This document shows positions 12,619 to 25,896 of a stretch of 64,000 nucleotides of DNA, piece after piece (the stretch's first letter is position 1; every line of letters starts with the position of its first letter). The stretch is from Octopus sinensis (Eukaryota): contig NC_043000.1 of assembly GCF_006345805.1 (NCBI RefSeq), positions 13,702,001 to 13,766,000 of the forward strand, written 5' to 3'. The notes beneath the pieces were generated by a model. That model was not told the DNA's origin and made no database searches. It worked only from the letters and a program-made list of their open reading frames with translations. The position numbers and the translations under genes are program-made.

Positions 12619-12718
12619 CATATATACATATATATATATACATATATACATATATATAATATATATATATGTATATATGTATATATATATATGTATAATG
12701 TATATATATATATATGTA

Positions 12719-12787
<69 letters not shown>

Positions 12788-12860
12788 TATGCATAATAAT
12801 ATAACTATAGACACACATATGTAAACATGTAGAAAATATACATGCATATATACATACATA
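12238..12860. repeat. (TA)n/(TG)n/(TATG)n compound microsatellite containing a 43-bp RTE 3' stub at 12545-12587
   Basis: Direct reading; stub AACCCATGCTAGCATGGAAAACGGACGCTAAATGATGATGATG. Confidence 0.9.
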
Positions 12861-13199
12861 TGTACTTACATATGCATATGTATGTACATACACATGTAAA
12901 TTTTTTAAATTTACATATGTTTCTGTGTGTCTATAGTTATATATTCTGATATGCTTCATATCCATACTTCTATCTAGTTTTATTTGTGTGAGTGTGTGCA
13001 TGTGTGTGTATGTGCATGTGTGTGTGTGGACTAGTATAGTTTTGTGTGTGAACATACAAGTGACCTACAACTGCCACCTTATTTGTCCTTATTCTTTTTC
13101 TTTTTTTTTCACTCTCTCCTTCTGTTCTCTTCCTTGTTTCCCTTCATGAACTTTTATTACTCATATTTATCTATCCTAAGCAATAAGCATCCCAGCTTT

Positions 13200-13562
13200 T
13201 TTTTCTACTCTAGACACAAGGCCAAAAATTTGCAGGGAGGGGGGCCAGCTGATTAGATCGGCCCCAGTACGCAACTGGTACTTAATTTATCGACCCCCTA
13301 AAGGATGAAAGGCAAAGTCGACCTCGGCGGAATTTGAACTCAAAACATTAAAGACAGACGAATTACCTATTTCTTTATTACCCACAAGGGGCTAAACACA
13401 GAGGGGACAAACAAGGACAGACATAGGTATTAAGTCGATTACATCGACCCCAGTACGTAACTGGTACTTAATTTATCAACCCTGAAAGGATGAAAGGCAA
13501 AGTCGACCTTGGCGGAATTTGAACTCACAACCTCGGCGGAACCGCTAAGCATTTCGCCCGGT
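13200..13562 (-). mobile_element. tRNA-derived SINE family B with internal duplication
   Basis: B-box GAGTTCAAATTCC and conserved GTCGACTTTGCCTTTCATCC...ATAAATTAAGTACCAG block present twice; same family as 60001-60402. Confidence 0.85.
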
Positions 13563-14299
13563 AAGCATCCCAGCTTTTGGTGTACCCACTGCACATTATT
13601 GACACCATATATACACTAATGAGATTATAATCTACTGCAGCCACTACGATAATTTGAGTATGTTGATAATGAAATGAAACCACACCCCTATCTACCTTGC
13701 TAAGGTAACTGGTGAGTGAGGCATATCACTGGTCTTTTTGACCAATTCCAATCTCTGCTCCTACTTCTTTGATTCTTTTTGCCAGCCCAGCTTTCTTTTA
13801 CACTCTCTGTTTTCAACTAAACAGTCATGTGAACCTGATGATAAAGAACACCAGACAAACACACTTGTAATGTTGTGTAAGATGCACCTGATGAGCTTTT
13901 GAAATAACTGTACTATTTGACAATCCCTTCCGTCCCATTTATTTGCAGACGTGATTATTGCATTATAAGCAGTGTTTGTTTGTTTTTGAAATGGAGTTGT
14001 ATAGCATCTGTCATCTTATTTGAATTTTCTGTCTAATTTCAATATGGGACAAATCATATTTGATGCATTGGTTAATAAACTTTATTGATCAGTTATCAAA
14101 ACATCTGTATTTTCTACACAAGTTGTGTTTATGCTAGAGATTAACCAACTGCATTTTACCATAATCACTCAACAAACCCTATTACATTATTACCATTATA
14201 TATATTTTATGTGCGTGTGTGTGTGTGTGTGTGTGAGTGCCCTTGTATAGATAGCACAAAAGGTTTGTTAATGAACATCGTTATATAAAGGAGGTTGTT

Positions 14300-14460
14300 C
14301 TTTTCCAGACTGCCAAAACATGCCTGGCCATAGGAAAATATTACCTTGCTTGGAAACAGGTGAGTGTTGGCAACAGGAAGGGCATCCAGCTGTAAATTTG
14401 CCTCAACTAATTCCATCTGACCCATGCAAGCTTGAATGTTAAATGATGATGATGATGACA
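14300..14460 (+). mobile_element. SINE-like 3' fragment with RTE-type tail (similar copies ~330-490, 1525-1745, 29540-29730, 34770-34925, 56410-56490)
   Basis: GGAAACAGGTGAG.GTTGGCAACAGGAAGGGCATCCAGCTGTA...ACCCATGCAAGC...(GAT)n, sharing terminal motifs with the RTE family. Confidence 0.6.
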
Positions 14461-15991
14461 ATACCACAAGCTTCTGTACAGTTTCATCTGCCAAATTTAC
14501 TCATAAGGCATTGGTCAATCTGTGGCTATAAAGAAAGGCATATGCTCAAGACACTGCATAGTGAAGCTTAACCTGATATCACATGGTTGCAAAGCAAACT
14601 TCTTAACTACACAGCTAATTTCATGATTAAATAAAACATGGTGTTCTAAGTGAATTTCTTGATATGTTTAGTGATTAGTATTTTGGTTTCGTTGAATGAG
14701 ATCAAGTTATCATGCCCAGAAAGGAGGATATTCTCAATATCTTTTCTCATGAAGCAGTTCATGTCTAGCAAGAAGTATTTTGATTGCATGGGAGATGCCT
14801 TAATATGAAAAGTCATCATGAAATCTAAAGTATGGGAGCAGTGTGCTTGGCATCCCTAGAGTAGTGACTTAGTTTAATAAAATGAGTATGGCACTGAGAT
14901 ACATTTTTTGGCACATTTACTTTCATCTTTCTAGAACCTGAGTTCAGGACTTGCTAAAGTCCAAAGTCAAATTTCTTCCATCTTTCCATGAGCAATAAAA
15001 TCAACACCAGTAATGGATGGAATTCATTGACAATGTCACTATATTGCATACCGCAATAACACAATATCAGGTGCTTTCCATGTGGCACCAGCACCAGTGC
15101 TTTTAACATGACACCAGCATTATATATACCACAATATATAACTATACTACAATATCACTATATTATCATACTGCAATATACAACAGTATCACTATACTAT
15201 TATGCCACAATACCACTAAACTGCTATCACTGTAGTATTATACCATAAGCTGTAACGGCCTTTGGATAACATTGGTGGCGTGGAGAGTGGAGGCTGGTAT
15301 GCATGGGCGACTGTTGGTCTTCCATAAACAACCTTGTCCAGACTTGTGCTTTGGAGGGTAACTTTCTAGCTGCAATCCCATGGTCATTCATGACCAAAGG
15401 GGGTTTTTACCCTTACCCTATATGACAGTAGACTTATACCAAAATACCACTATCCCTCTATGCTGTAGTGCCACACTGCTACTTTACCATGGTACTTGGA
15501 CAAAACAAATCTTAAAAAACTGTGCCAACTGAACCAGATCCATAAAGCTTAGTTTTTAAATAACCAAAGAAGTTAGACTGACTATTTCACATAATGACCA
15601 CTATAAGATTTCAACCAATGAAACATGTGAACCAAAGACACCGGCTGTTCTATTTCAGCATGAGGATAAATCAAATCCATTTAAAACAGAAGGCAACATC
15701 AAATAAGCCGGTCCAGTGGAATAATGCTTGCTTTGTAATTTACCATGACAGGACTCCCAGGTGTGAAGTAAGAAAAAAATAATGCACAGCTGCTGGTTTT
15801 TAAAAAATTAGGTTAATAAATGAAAACAGTCCACTTGTGGTTAACTAATTCTACAAAAAGCAAGACAGCAAATCTATGTCCAGTAGCTTAGAAAGCTATT
15901 GTCAGAGCTGGTGCTACATCCAGGCAAACTAGGTGTTCATCTAAGGTGCTAGAATCTGGGTGTGTCACATGAATTCTAGCCAATTTCTTAA

Positions 15992-16122
15992 CCCTTTAGT
16001 ATTTAAACCGGCCATATCCGGCCAAAATATTTAATCTATTTTATGTTCAAACTGACCAGATCCAGGCTCTCACACCTACCCTACAATGTTATTCTACATT
16101 AGGTAATTACACCATCAAGATC
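15992..16122 (+). mobile_element. Truncated second copy of the TTAA piggyBac-type MITE
   Basis: TTAA at 15988-91 followed by ~130 bp nearly identical to 8825-8955; right end missing. Confidence 0.85.
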
Positions 16123-16424
16123 TTGCTAACAAAGAGAACATGTATGGTCATCCATTGAACAAAGGAGGATGAAGAACCAAAGTTAGGTGCAGGCAGAGGA
16201 AACAAGGGTTATGTGGTGTTATGCCTGTTACATGATTTGGCATGGAACCTTTTGAATTTTACAACATGATAGAATAACTAAGTGATAGGTGTGACCATGA
16301 AACAAAATTTCTTGTTTGTAAGTTAACTAACATTTTCTGACTGCATTCTTGAGCATGATGGTCTTACTAGTGCTGGTGGAAATAAAAACTATCCAGTACA
16401 CACTGTAAAGTATTTGACATGAGG

Positions 16425-16900
16425 AAGTGCAATTCTATATTACTGGGATGATGAATTTCTATTATGTTTACTGTTTATATCATTCATATTGGTGTCCACA
16501 TCTTGATTGTTGCTTTCACTACATTCTGACTGCTGTGTGCTCCAGCCTTCTTCAGGTGTCTTGTGTTGAACTCAGTTGTAGTATCAGGCATAGCATAGTA
16601 GATAAAGACATTGGTTAATGCAATGTAGACACCTAGAGGTTCAAAGTTCAATCTCAAGCAAGGCACTAAGGCAGTTCATATAATTCAACTGAAGCAAAAA
16701 ATGCCACAAAATGCAGAGAGCAGAATGAGAACAGTGTATCCTTGTAGATCAAATAAAGGGTTATGTTTGAAATTCAAATACCATAACTGAATTCGACCCA
16801 AAGCACATGAAGAAAGCTGGAGCACACAATAGCGGAAACTTGGTAAAAATAATAATCAAGAGGAGGACACCAGTCTGACTAATATAAATGGTATGTATAA
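16425..16900. mobile_element. Inverted pair of decayed Penelope-like pLTR segments with degenerate hammerhead cores
   Basis: Minus GACACCTGAAGAAGGCTGGAGCACAC (core 16549-55) vs plus GCACATGAAGAAAGCTGGAGCACAC...GAAAC (16807-39); both continue into CAAGA.G.GGACA as at 31065-31080. Confidence 0.55.
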
Positions 16901-16989
16901 GGAAATGCATTCTGCCATAGACACCAGGCCAAAACAGATACTGGAGCATGATGCTGTCCTTGGGCCAACGGAGTCCTTCCTTATATTCC

Positions 16990-17520
16990 TGTATCTTCTT
17001 TAATACTTTATCAACTGTCAAAACACCAAAATTGTTTCAAAGCTGATTTCTTCCTCAGAATTGTTCTGACACAGACAGGAGTTTCAGTTGTTGATTGGGA
17101 GAGGGAGGCAAAAAATGGAATTGAAGGAGGGAAAGAGTGCACGGTTGTTGTTTGAAGTTTGAAGGAGAGAAAATGAGGCATGAGAAGATCAAGAGAAGGC
17201 TTAGAAAGATTGAATCTGTGGAAAGTGAGGTAGTGTTGTTTTTCATGTGTGTGATTTGTGAAAGGAAATGCTTGAGTTATGCAGGCCTGGTCAGTCATCA
17301 GAGAACTTACAAGAGTCAAGCCCTTGTGAATTGTGATATTGCTATTGTTCACAACAGAACATGTGCAGCCTGTGGAAAGGTGTGTCTTTCTGTTGAAGGA
17401 GTGAAAAGACTTCATACTGTGGCACCTGTTTTCTTTGCCAGTCAGCACAGCTGTGCATTATGCAACAGAATGTGAAAAACTTTGGCCAGGATCAAGTGTC
17501 ATACAAGGGCCAATCATCAG
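16990..17520 (+). mobile_element. RTE (BovB-like) ORF C-terminal fragment with three C2H2-like motifs
   Basis: FE..KMRHEKIKRRLRK then CVICERKCLSYAGLVSHQR, CAACGKVCLS, CALCNRM*KTLARIKCH; resembles the C-termini of the RTE fragments at 43268 and 55880. Confidence 0.7.
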
Positions 17521-17569
17521 TGACTCATTTCAATGATTCTTTCTAGCAATAGGTTTTGCTCATATATGA

Positions 17570-17577
17570 GAAAGCAG

Positions 17578-17655
<78 letters not shown>

Positions 17656-17778
17656 TTACTACATCATATATATGTATGTATATATACACATACATACATA
17701 AATATATGTGTGTGCATATATATATATATATATGTATATATGCGTTTAATATATATATATATATATATACACATATGC

Positions 17779-17845
<67 letters not shown>

Positions 17846-17886
17846 CATATATATATATATGTACACATATATATACACATATGCAT

Positions 17887-17917
<31 letters not shown>

Positions 17918-17951
17918 CATATACATACATATATATATATACATATACATA

Positions 17952-17985
<34 letters not shown>

Positions 17986-18035
17986 CATAAATATACATAC
18001 ATATATATATATACACACACATATATATATATAAT
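17570..18035. repeat. (CTA/CCA)n then (TA/CA)n compound microsatellite
   Basis: Direct reading. Confidence 0.9.
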
Positions 18036-18047
18036 ATTTTATAATTT

Positions 18048-18392
18048 GTATCATCATCATTATCATCATTATCGTTTAACGTCCGCTTTCCATGCTAGCA
18101 TGGGTTGGATTATTTGACTGAGGACTGGCAAACTGGATGGCTGCACCAGGCTCCGATCTTGATCTGGCAGTGTTTCTACAGCTGGATGCCCTTCGTAATG
18201 CCAGCCACTCCGACAGTGTAGCGGGTGCTTTTAAAGTGCCACCGGCACGAGGGCCAGTCAGGCGGTACTGGCAACGGCCACGCTAAAATGGTGCTTTTTA
18301 TGTGCCATCTGTACAGGAACCAGTCCAGTGGCACTGGCAGCGACCTCACTCGAATGTTTTTTCTCGTGCCACCGGCACAAGTGCCAGTAGTG
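18048..18392 (-). mobile_element. RTE 3'-end fragment
   Basis: (CAT)n then CGTTTAACGTCCGCTTTCCATGCTAGCATGGGTTGG and UTR repeats. Confidence 0.8.
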
Positions 18393-21151
18393 TCTATATT
18401 TATTTTATTAGAAATGCAAAACAACACCATAGAGAAATCAATGTAAGCTTAAATAAGAAACTGCTATAGGTGAACTGCGATAGGTGAACTGCGATAGGTG
18501 AACCATGATAGCTGAACTGTGAGATGGTGAGGGATTGCTGTGTGTATCTGTGAATCTATGCTTGTGCTTCTGTATACTGCTCTGATATGGCGTGTCAGGC
18601 TGCACTACTTTGTACCTGAAGGTAATTTAGCCATTCAATAAAGAGACAATAAAATAAGTACGAGATTAAAATAAGCCATAGGATCAATATGATGATATTT
18701 AAGGTGTTGAAAGTGGTACTGGAGTATAACTACAGACCAATGATCAAAACTAGGAAAATGAGTATCATTAGGAATATTGTTGTTGTCATTATAGCAAAGC
18801 CCGGATCATCTGTTTTTACATTCTGAGTTCAAATTCTGCTGAGGTTGACTTTGCCTTTCATCCTTTTAACACTTACCCCACCACCAAAAATTGCTGGTCT
18901 TGTGCTAAAATTTGAAATCATTATATTACTATTTTCAGTGCCAGTGGCACGTAAAAAGCAGTCGTTACACTTTTCAAGTTGTTGGTGTTAGGAAGGCCAT
19001 CCAACCATAGCAACCATGCCAAAATCAAATTGAAACTTGATGCAGCTCCCCAGATTACCAGTTTTCAGTCAAACTATCCAACCCATGCCAGCATGGAAAA
19101 CATTAAATGATGATGATGATATTATTAGTTTCAGTGGTGTGTATAGAATGGTCTTGTACAAACCATTGCCCAAGGAAATTTTCTGAATGGCACACCTGAC
19201 AAAAAATTACCTTAAATTTTTTTTTAGTACAACCAACCTGATAATGAGCTATGTCTTATGTGGCCTGCTTCTCAAAAAAAAAAGGTTACCTATGCCTTGT
19301 ATAGACAGGTATATCAATACTTTTGGATCCAAAACTACTGAATGCTAACCATGTGTAGGTCATCTGTAGAAGTGGAACAATGAGGAAAAGTGGTCTGACC
19401 AGATCTCAGGATATGAAGCCTCGTAGGTACTTTTAATTGATTCAGTCATTAGATTACTGCTGTGCTGAGGCAGCACCTTGAATGAATTTTTTTAGTCAAT
19501 CAAATCAACTCCTAAGCTACAGGGATGTGAACAAACCTACAACAGTTGTCAAGTAATGAGAAACAGTCAAGAAGACACTCACACTTACACACTCACATAC
19601 ATACACATTCTCAAACATGCAAACACACGCATGCATGCATGAGTGCGTGCACACACACACACACACACACATGTATACACACAATTTCTACCTGCCAAAT
19701 TCACTCGGGAGACATTGGTCAGCTCAAGACACACTTACCAAAGGTGCTACACAGAGGGACTTAAACACAAAATTATGTGGTTCCAAAACAAACTTCTTAA
19801 TTAGACATACATGTTTGCATCTATTTACCATTATTTCTCACAGAACCCCTAGTAACCTCTTAGAGAAACCCGGTTAGGAAACACTGATCTAAGATCTGGT
19901 TTCTGTTATAAACTGTGAGCTTTTGGCTGATGAAAAGTAGCTGATCCTACAGGAAATTCATCATGTACAGACTCTGTCATGAGGTGAATAGCTATTTCCT
20001 GAGTTATCAAGGATTTCTATTAGTTTTCATAAATACGACGAAAAAATGCATTTGTTTCTGTTTAGAAGAGAGAAAAATTAAAAGCAAATATTTCTAGTCA
20101 TGCAGAGAAATATGTTTCAGGAGTTTAACATGTTTTAGGGGTTTAACTAAAATATTTTGTTGTCAATAATTGAAATGTTTGATAAATGTGTGGCTGTTAT
20201 AAATAGAGTTTTAATTGATTATTTTTTAAACTAATTATTTAATCATTAATTTATAATTTTATTTATTTATTTAATATCATTAGTATGTTCAACTTGGAGA
20301 TGTACAAGTTTTGTAAGTTGTTGTAGTATCAAATAGACTTACACTGAATGAAAAATTTCAGTAAACTTGTTTACTGATGCAAATAATTATGTGAACAGTT
20401 CACTGGAAGTACCACATAAGTTATGTTACCTAGTGACCTAATTAGTGTTGGGGGTTGGAATGAGGGATAGCATTAAAAAAATATATATATCAAGTGGGTG
20501 GAAGAATTTTTAGTGATATATTATTACATTTAGTGACAAAAAAAAAGGGAATGTTTTTCACTTCATGTAAGAGTTAGAGTGCATGATGTGTTATAAAGAT
20601 ATACATTGCTGTGTTGTGAAATATAGTTAGTAATCTTGCAGTGATAGGAAAAATATGAGGTCAGTATTGTCTGTTGGACATAGAACATATTGAAAGTAAA
20701 GGGGTAGAGAAACATGTGTATTATAAGTATACTTGGTAATTGTAAGGAAGTCAGTTGGTATGTACAGGTGGTGGTAAGAGATTATTCACCTGAAAACTAA
20801 GCACTGTCTTTGGCCATCAACATCTATTGTTCCTCATAGACAAATCCACACAGCTTTCTCCATTTGACAACACCTGTGAGAGGCCTTTATGCGAGTCAAT
20901 GAAGATGACCTCTATGTAGTTGTTTAACCTGCAAGAAATAGCAGGCAAACCTCACTCTGTTTTGAGCAGGAAAAACACATTGGATAATTAATGTAGTAAT
21001 ACATACACTAAATGTGCACAAAGACTGCTGATGAAATACCTTTTGTCATAGTTTGGCTATATCAGGGCTGACCTCTGCCTAAATATTTCTTCTTAATTTT
21101 GGCACATGGATAGCATTTTACGGGGAGGAGCAAGTCAATAACATTGACCCC

Positions 21152-21484
21152 AGTGGTTCTCAACCACGGCCTCTCAGGGTCCATATAAGATTTTCAGGGC
21201 CCATGCAAGAAAATAGTAAATTGAGGATTTAAAGTAGTATTTTAAGGACTCCTGAAAAAATTTTGCTTTAGATATATGTATTGCTATGTATTGCAAGAAA
21301 GATTTAAATTGCTTTCTCAAACATTTTACATAATTCAACCTACATAAGGGAATGTGGGAAATAGGAATTTTGAAGGAAGTTTCAGTAAAACTAGTTTTTA
21401 AGCGTCAAATGGTTAGGAGAGGGGGGCACCAGAATGAAATAGCAATCAAAGGAGTCCGTGAATAAAAAATAGCTGAGAACCCCT
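21152..21484. mobile_element. hAT-like non-autonomous element (related copy ~47757-48392, interrupted)
   Basis: Termini CAGTGGTTCTCAACC ... GCTGAGAACCCCT; internal similarity between the two copies (AAAAAATTTTGCTTTAG, AACTAGTTTTTAA, CCACCAGAAT.AAATAG.AATCAAAGG). Confidence 0.6.
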
Positions 21485-22229
21485 CACCTAAATAATGACA
21501 ACAGCACCATAATTTAGAAGATAAGATAGAGTGACCATGATTGCAATGCCTCTGACCATAGATCTGCCCAATCACACTTATCTGGAGCTAAGCAACAACT
21601 TCTACAACATTGAGCCAATGGCATAGGAGTGCTGACCATATAGAGTAGCTACTTAATATATGTATGTTTGCTGTAGTTGAAAATATGTTACATTTAAGGA
21701 AGAGGGTAACTAATTTGGCTGCCACACAGGGAGCTAAAACTCATGCTCTTGTCAATACATTCTGCACACTAAAGTTCTTTTCTGAAACAAAGGGATCCAC
21801 AAAGAAGGGCTTAGCTTCAGTTTTCCTCACCATAAACAGATGAGAGATAAATTCCACTAGACATCTTTTATTTTTTACTTGTTTCAGTCACTGGACTGTG
21901 GCCATGCTAGGACATCACCTAGAAGGATATTTTAGTCAAACTGATTAGTCTCAGTTCTTATTTTACGGTTTCTAAGTTCAATACCTATTCTATCAGTGTC
22001 TTTTCCCAAACTGCTAAGTTACAGGGACATATAAAAGCAAACCAACATGGGAACAAACACATTCACAAATACACACACATACACACACACACATATAGTT
22101 AGTAATCTTGCAGTGGTTGGAATAATGTGAGGTCAGTGTTGTCTGTTGGATACACAATATGAACTTGTGAAACATATTGAAAGTAAAAGGTTACCTATGC
22201 CTTGTATAGACTTGCCCCTCCCCTACATA

Positions 22230-22835
22230 CATAGGCTATGTCATGTTTCTGTGGAAGACATTACATGTGAATTTGCAGCTGTCCTAAAATGTCATCATGA
22301 TATTACCTTCCTATGCGGCACCATGTTGTTGCTAAAACAATTTACAATGCCATCTGCAAAGTAGACTGTTCTGAAATAAACTAAGGAAATTCCTCTGTTA
22401 TGGAATACATTCATTAACACCAACTCAAGGAATACTGGTAGAATATTCTCATCGATACTTCTCTCAAATGTAAGCATAGCAGGCTGGATATTGTAGTTCG
22501 GGAAAGAGGGGCAAAGGTATGTACCATCATAGAAGTTAGCTGCCCTGCAGATATAAATATCGCTTTGAAAAATCAAAGAAAAAGAGGATATCTATGGACA
22601 ATTGTTTCAAAACCTCCAGCTTCTATATTCAGACTATGAATTCATATTCATAACAATAATAATTGGAGCACTAGGTTTTGTTTGTAGATGCTTAAAGGAG
22701 AATCTGGATAAACAGGGATTTTTAGAAAGAGAAACTGACCGGCTGATTCGTACATTACAAGTTCAATCTGTGAGTGGAACAGTAAAAATATGCAAGACTT
22801 TCCTCAACTTCCAAATGAGAATTTGTCTGTGTTAA
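22230..22835 (+). mobile_element. R4/Dong-type (RLE-bearing) non-LTR retrotransposon 3' fragment
   Basis: Across frameshifts: RLCHVSVEDIT..CPKMSS*YYLPMRHHVVAK (CCHC-type knuckle) and KHSRLDIVVRE...CTIIEVSCPADIN...KEKEDIYG...IIIGALG (PD-(D/E)xK endonuclease). Confidence 0.8.
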
Positions 22836-24341
22836 CTACATCCCAAAGATGGAGCCGTGTATCTTTGTTGGAAACTAGCTCCCTCTTCAGTGGAAGATGT
22901 ATAATAATTAAAAAATAGAAGAGACATACATATATGTATATACACAATGAGTTTTTATAAAGTTTCCATTTACCAAACTTACTTACAAGGTATTGGTCAT
23001 CTGGGGACTGTAGTAGAAGACACTTTACACAAGGTGCCATGTAATGGGACTGAACCCAAAACCTTGTGGTTGCAAAGTGAGCTCCTTAACTACACAGCCA
23101 TGCCCAATATCAATTTAGCATAAATAGATTTTTTTCTATATAACTACATACCAAGAAAACTATTTAATATCATAAAGTTATTGCTGCTTACAATGGTTCC
23201 AAGTTAGTCATGCAGAAAAGGGAATATTTATCTGATCGCATAAACTGCTAAAAATAGAAGTTGAAAAGACACCCTTTGTCTTAAAAGAAGTACACAACGG
23301 ATAATGTGGTCATACATGAACTATGTTTGAATAAAGGGTGAAATGGTCATAGCTGGAATGCCTTTGAAGATAAGTCCTCTCCACCCAGGCTGACCTGGGG
23401 CTAAACAACAACATAAGAACTTAGAGCTAAGAGGATTAGACCATTAGGAGTTAAGTGTTTTACCAGTGATGCCATACAATACCAATGAGAGAATACATAA
23501 ACACCTGATTGTCCGGTACCTTATTGGTTCAACACACTTCACAATCAGACAAAAGCACACTTCTTAAATCTTGAAGGAATTTTCTGACACACGGTTTGGC
23601 CAGGCACATTTAATAAGGGGTCTTAGACTCCTAAGAGTTGTCTGAACAGACTCTGAGAACACACTAAAAGCAAAAAATAGTTTTTGTTACAGCTGGTGAA
23701 CCATTTTGCAACTAACCACTCAACCACAAAGTAAGAGAATTTCTATTTTTCCTTTACTCAGGCAAACTAGAACAAGTAATGTTATGTGTTTAAGAAAACA
23801 GATCGCCATTGGTTTTAATGATGAGTAATAAACAGATGTCAGTTGAATAAATTGTTTTTTTACAGTTGGATACCCATATTACAACAAATCACTCAACCAT
23901 GAAGTTGGTTCTATTTTTCATTTACTCAGGCAAACTAGAACAAGCAGCATTATGTGGTTTAATAGTGGGCCTGACTCTATAAATGAAGATATTTGACCAA
24001 GGTACCGCACAATGGAACTGAACCTAAAACCATGTGGCTGGGAAGCAATAAACAATGTGTGTGTGTGTGTGTGTGTGTGTGAGTCTGTGTCTGCGTGTGT
24101 GTCTATGTGTGTTAGTGTGGGTGTGAGGGGTGCTTTAAAGTTCCTGGATTTAAGGGAATTGTGAAGGCCCAACCTTCAGAGTTCTTTTACAAGGATTAGA
24201 AAAACTAAAGGACCACTGCAATAAGTGTGTGAACCTGAGAGGGGAATATGTTGAATAAAATCATAATTAACTGATGCTCCAGTATTTTCTTTTACTCCAA
24301 ACCAGGAACTTTTCAGCCCCACCCCCTTGTATATATATATA

Positions 24342-24620
24342 GCCTCGTCTGGCCCCTGTGCCGGTGGCACGTAAAAAGCACCATCCGATAGTGGCCGTTT
24401 GCCAGCCTCGTCTGGCACCTGTGCAGGTGGCACATAAAATGCAGCCACTACACTCTCGGAGCGGTTGGCGTTAGGAAGGGCATCCAGCTGTAGAAACACT
24501 GCCAGATCAGACTGGGCCTGGCGCAGCCTTCTGGCTTCCCAGACCCCAGTTGAACCGTCCAACCCATGCTAGCATGGAAAATGGACGTTAAACGATGATG
24601 ATGAGGTTGATGATGATGAT
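24342..24620 (+). mobile_element. RTE 3'-end fragment with (TA)n on both sides
   Basis: Nearly identical to 3185-3420 (reverse); (TA)n at 24330-41 and 24620-34. Confidence 0.88.
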
Positions 24621-24630
24621 ATATATATAT

Positions 24631-24679
24631 ATATAAAATTTAAAGGACTGACCACTGGTCAGTCCTTTAAATTTTGTAT
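24631..24679. repeat. Perfect 20-bp-arm palindrome
   Basis: AAAATTTAAAGGACTGACCA-C-TGGTCAGTCCTTTAAATTTT (24635-54 / 24656-75). Confidence 0.95.
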
Positions 24680-25178
24680 GTAAAAAATATTTTAATCTTC
24701 AGATTTTTTTAATATGCTAGGCCACTGGTTTTAATTGATTAATATCAATTTTTACCCTTATTCAATTTTATATATATATATATATATATACATAGAGAGA
24801 AAGAGAGAGGGAGAGGGAGAGAGAGAGTGAGAGAGAGATAAACAGACAGACAGATAAATAGATTGATAGATATGATTTTCAACAAATAGTATAGCACTCA
24901 ATCAGTTAAAAGAGTAAAGATATTATCATCATAAAAACCACAAAAAGCTTTGATAAATGGCAAAATAAATTGCTGTTTTAGTCAGGGAACCCTGAGTAAT
25001 TGTATTTCACAAGATTTTTTCTGTTTTTCATTATAATATATATATATGAATGTATTTGAAAAATTAATAGAAACGGATTTTCTGATAATTTTTCCACTTT
25101 AATAATTAGATGTTTATAGAAAACCCATTTCTATTCATTTTTTCAAATATATAATACTTTTCAAATATATAATATGTA

Positions 25179-25268
<90 letters not shown>

Positions 25269-25651
25269 AAACAGTACTTGGAGAATAAGAACGGAACGAA
25301 ACGAACGAATCAAATTAAATCGACGCGAGGGTGCTGTCATACAATAGTGTAATAAATAAAATATATGCATACATACATACATATATGTACGTACCTACAT
25401 CTACATGTATATATACATGCATATATAAATATATATACGTGAGTACAGGACACCACAACTAGACGTAGAACTCGAGAAAAGAAAATGGAAAAACAAGCAT
25501 GGAACAAACCATTTTTTTACAACAGAAAAACAGAGTACAAAACAAACTACACAAGGAAAAATCCCCTTCATCAGCTGTCCCGAGTTCAACTCTAGCGTGT
25601 TTCGAAGGTAGGACAGAACACGACTCGTAAATATATATATAATATAAATAA

Positions 25652-25699
<48 letters not shown>

Positions 25700-25726
25700 T
25701 ATAATATATATATATATATATAAATA

Positions 25727-25773
<47 letters not shown>

Positions 25774-25896
25774 TATATATATAATATATATATAATAATA
25801 TATATATATATATATATAAATAAATATAATATATATATATAATATATATAATATATATATAATATATATATATATAAATAAATATATATATATATA

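Noticed and set aside
12218-13055. YI/HT/CV-repeat ORFs here and at 17533-18117, 25161-25902, 61755-62269
   Set aside because: Dinucleotide microsatellite translations.
15658-15767. Plus-strand AG/GT-bounded open segment (also 23530-23663 minus, 39166-39278, 40130-40370, 60599-60755)
   Set aside because: No recognisable protein, stops in most frames, no phase-consistent partner; splice-like strings are common in AT-rich DNA.
18465-18525. 14-bp tandem (TAGGTGAACTGCGA) sharing TATAGGTGAA with the minus strand of the 32-bp unit
   Set aside because: Only ~10 shared bases, 32 kb apart; not distinguishable from chance.
25560-25625. CTGATGA and GAAAC on minus strand in a TA-flanked repeat (similar case ~10850-10900)
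   Set aside because: Order and stems do not give a consistent hammerhead fold; no valid stem I/III.
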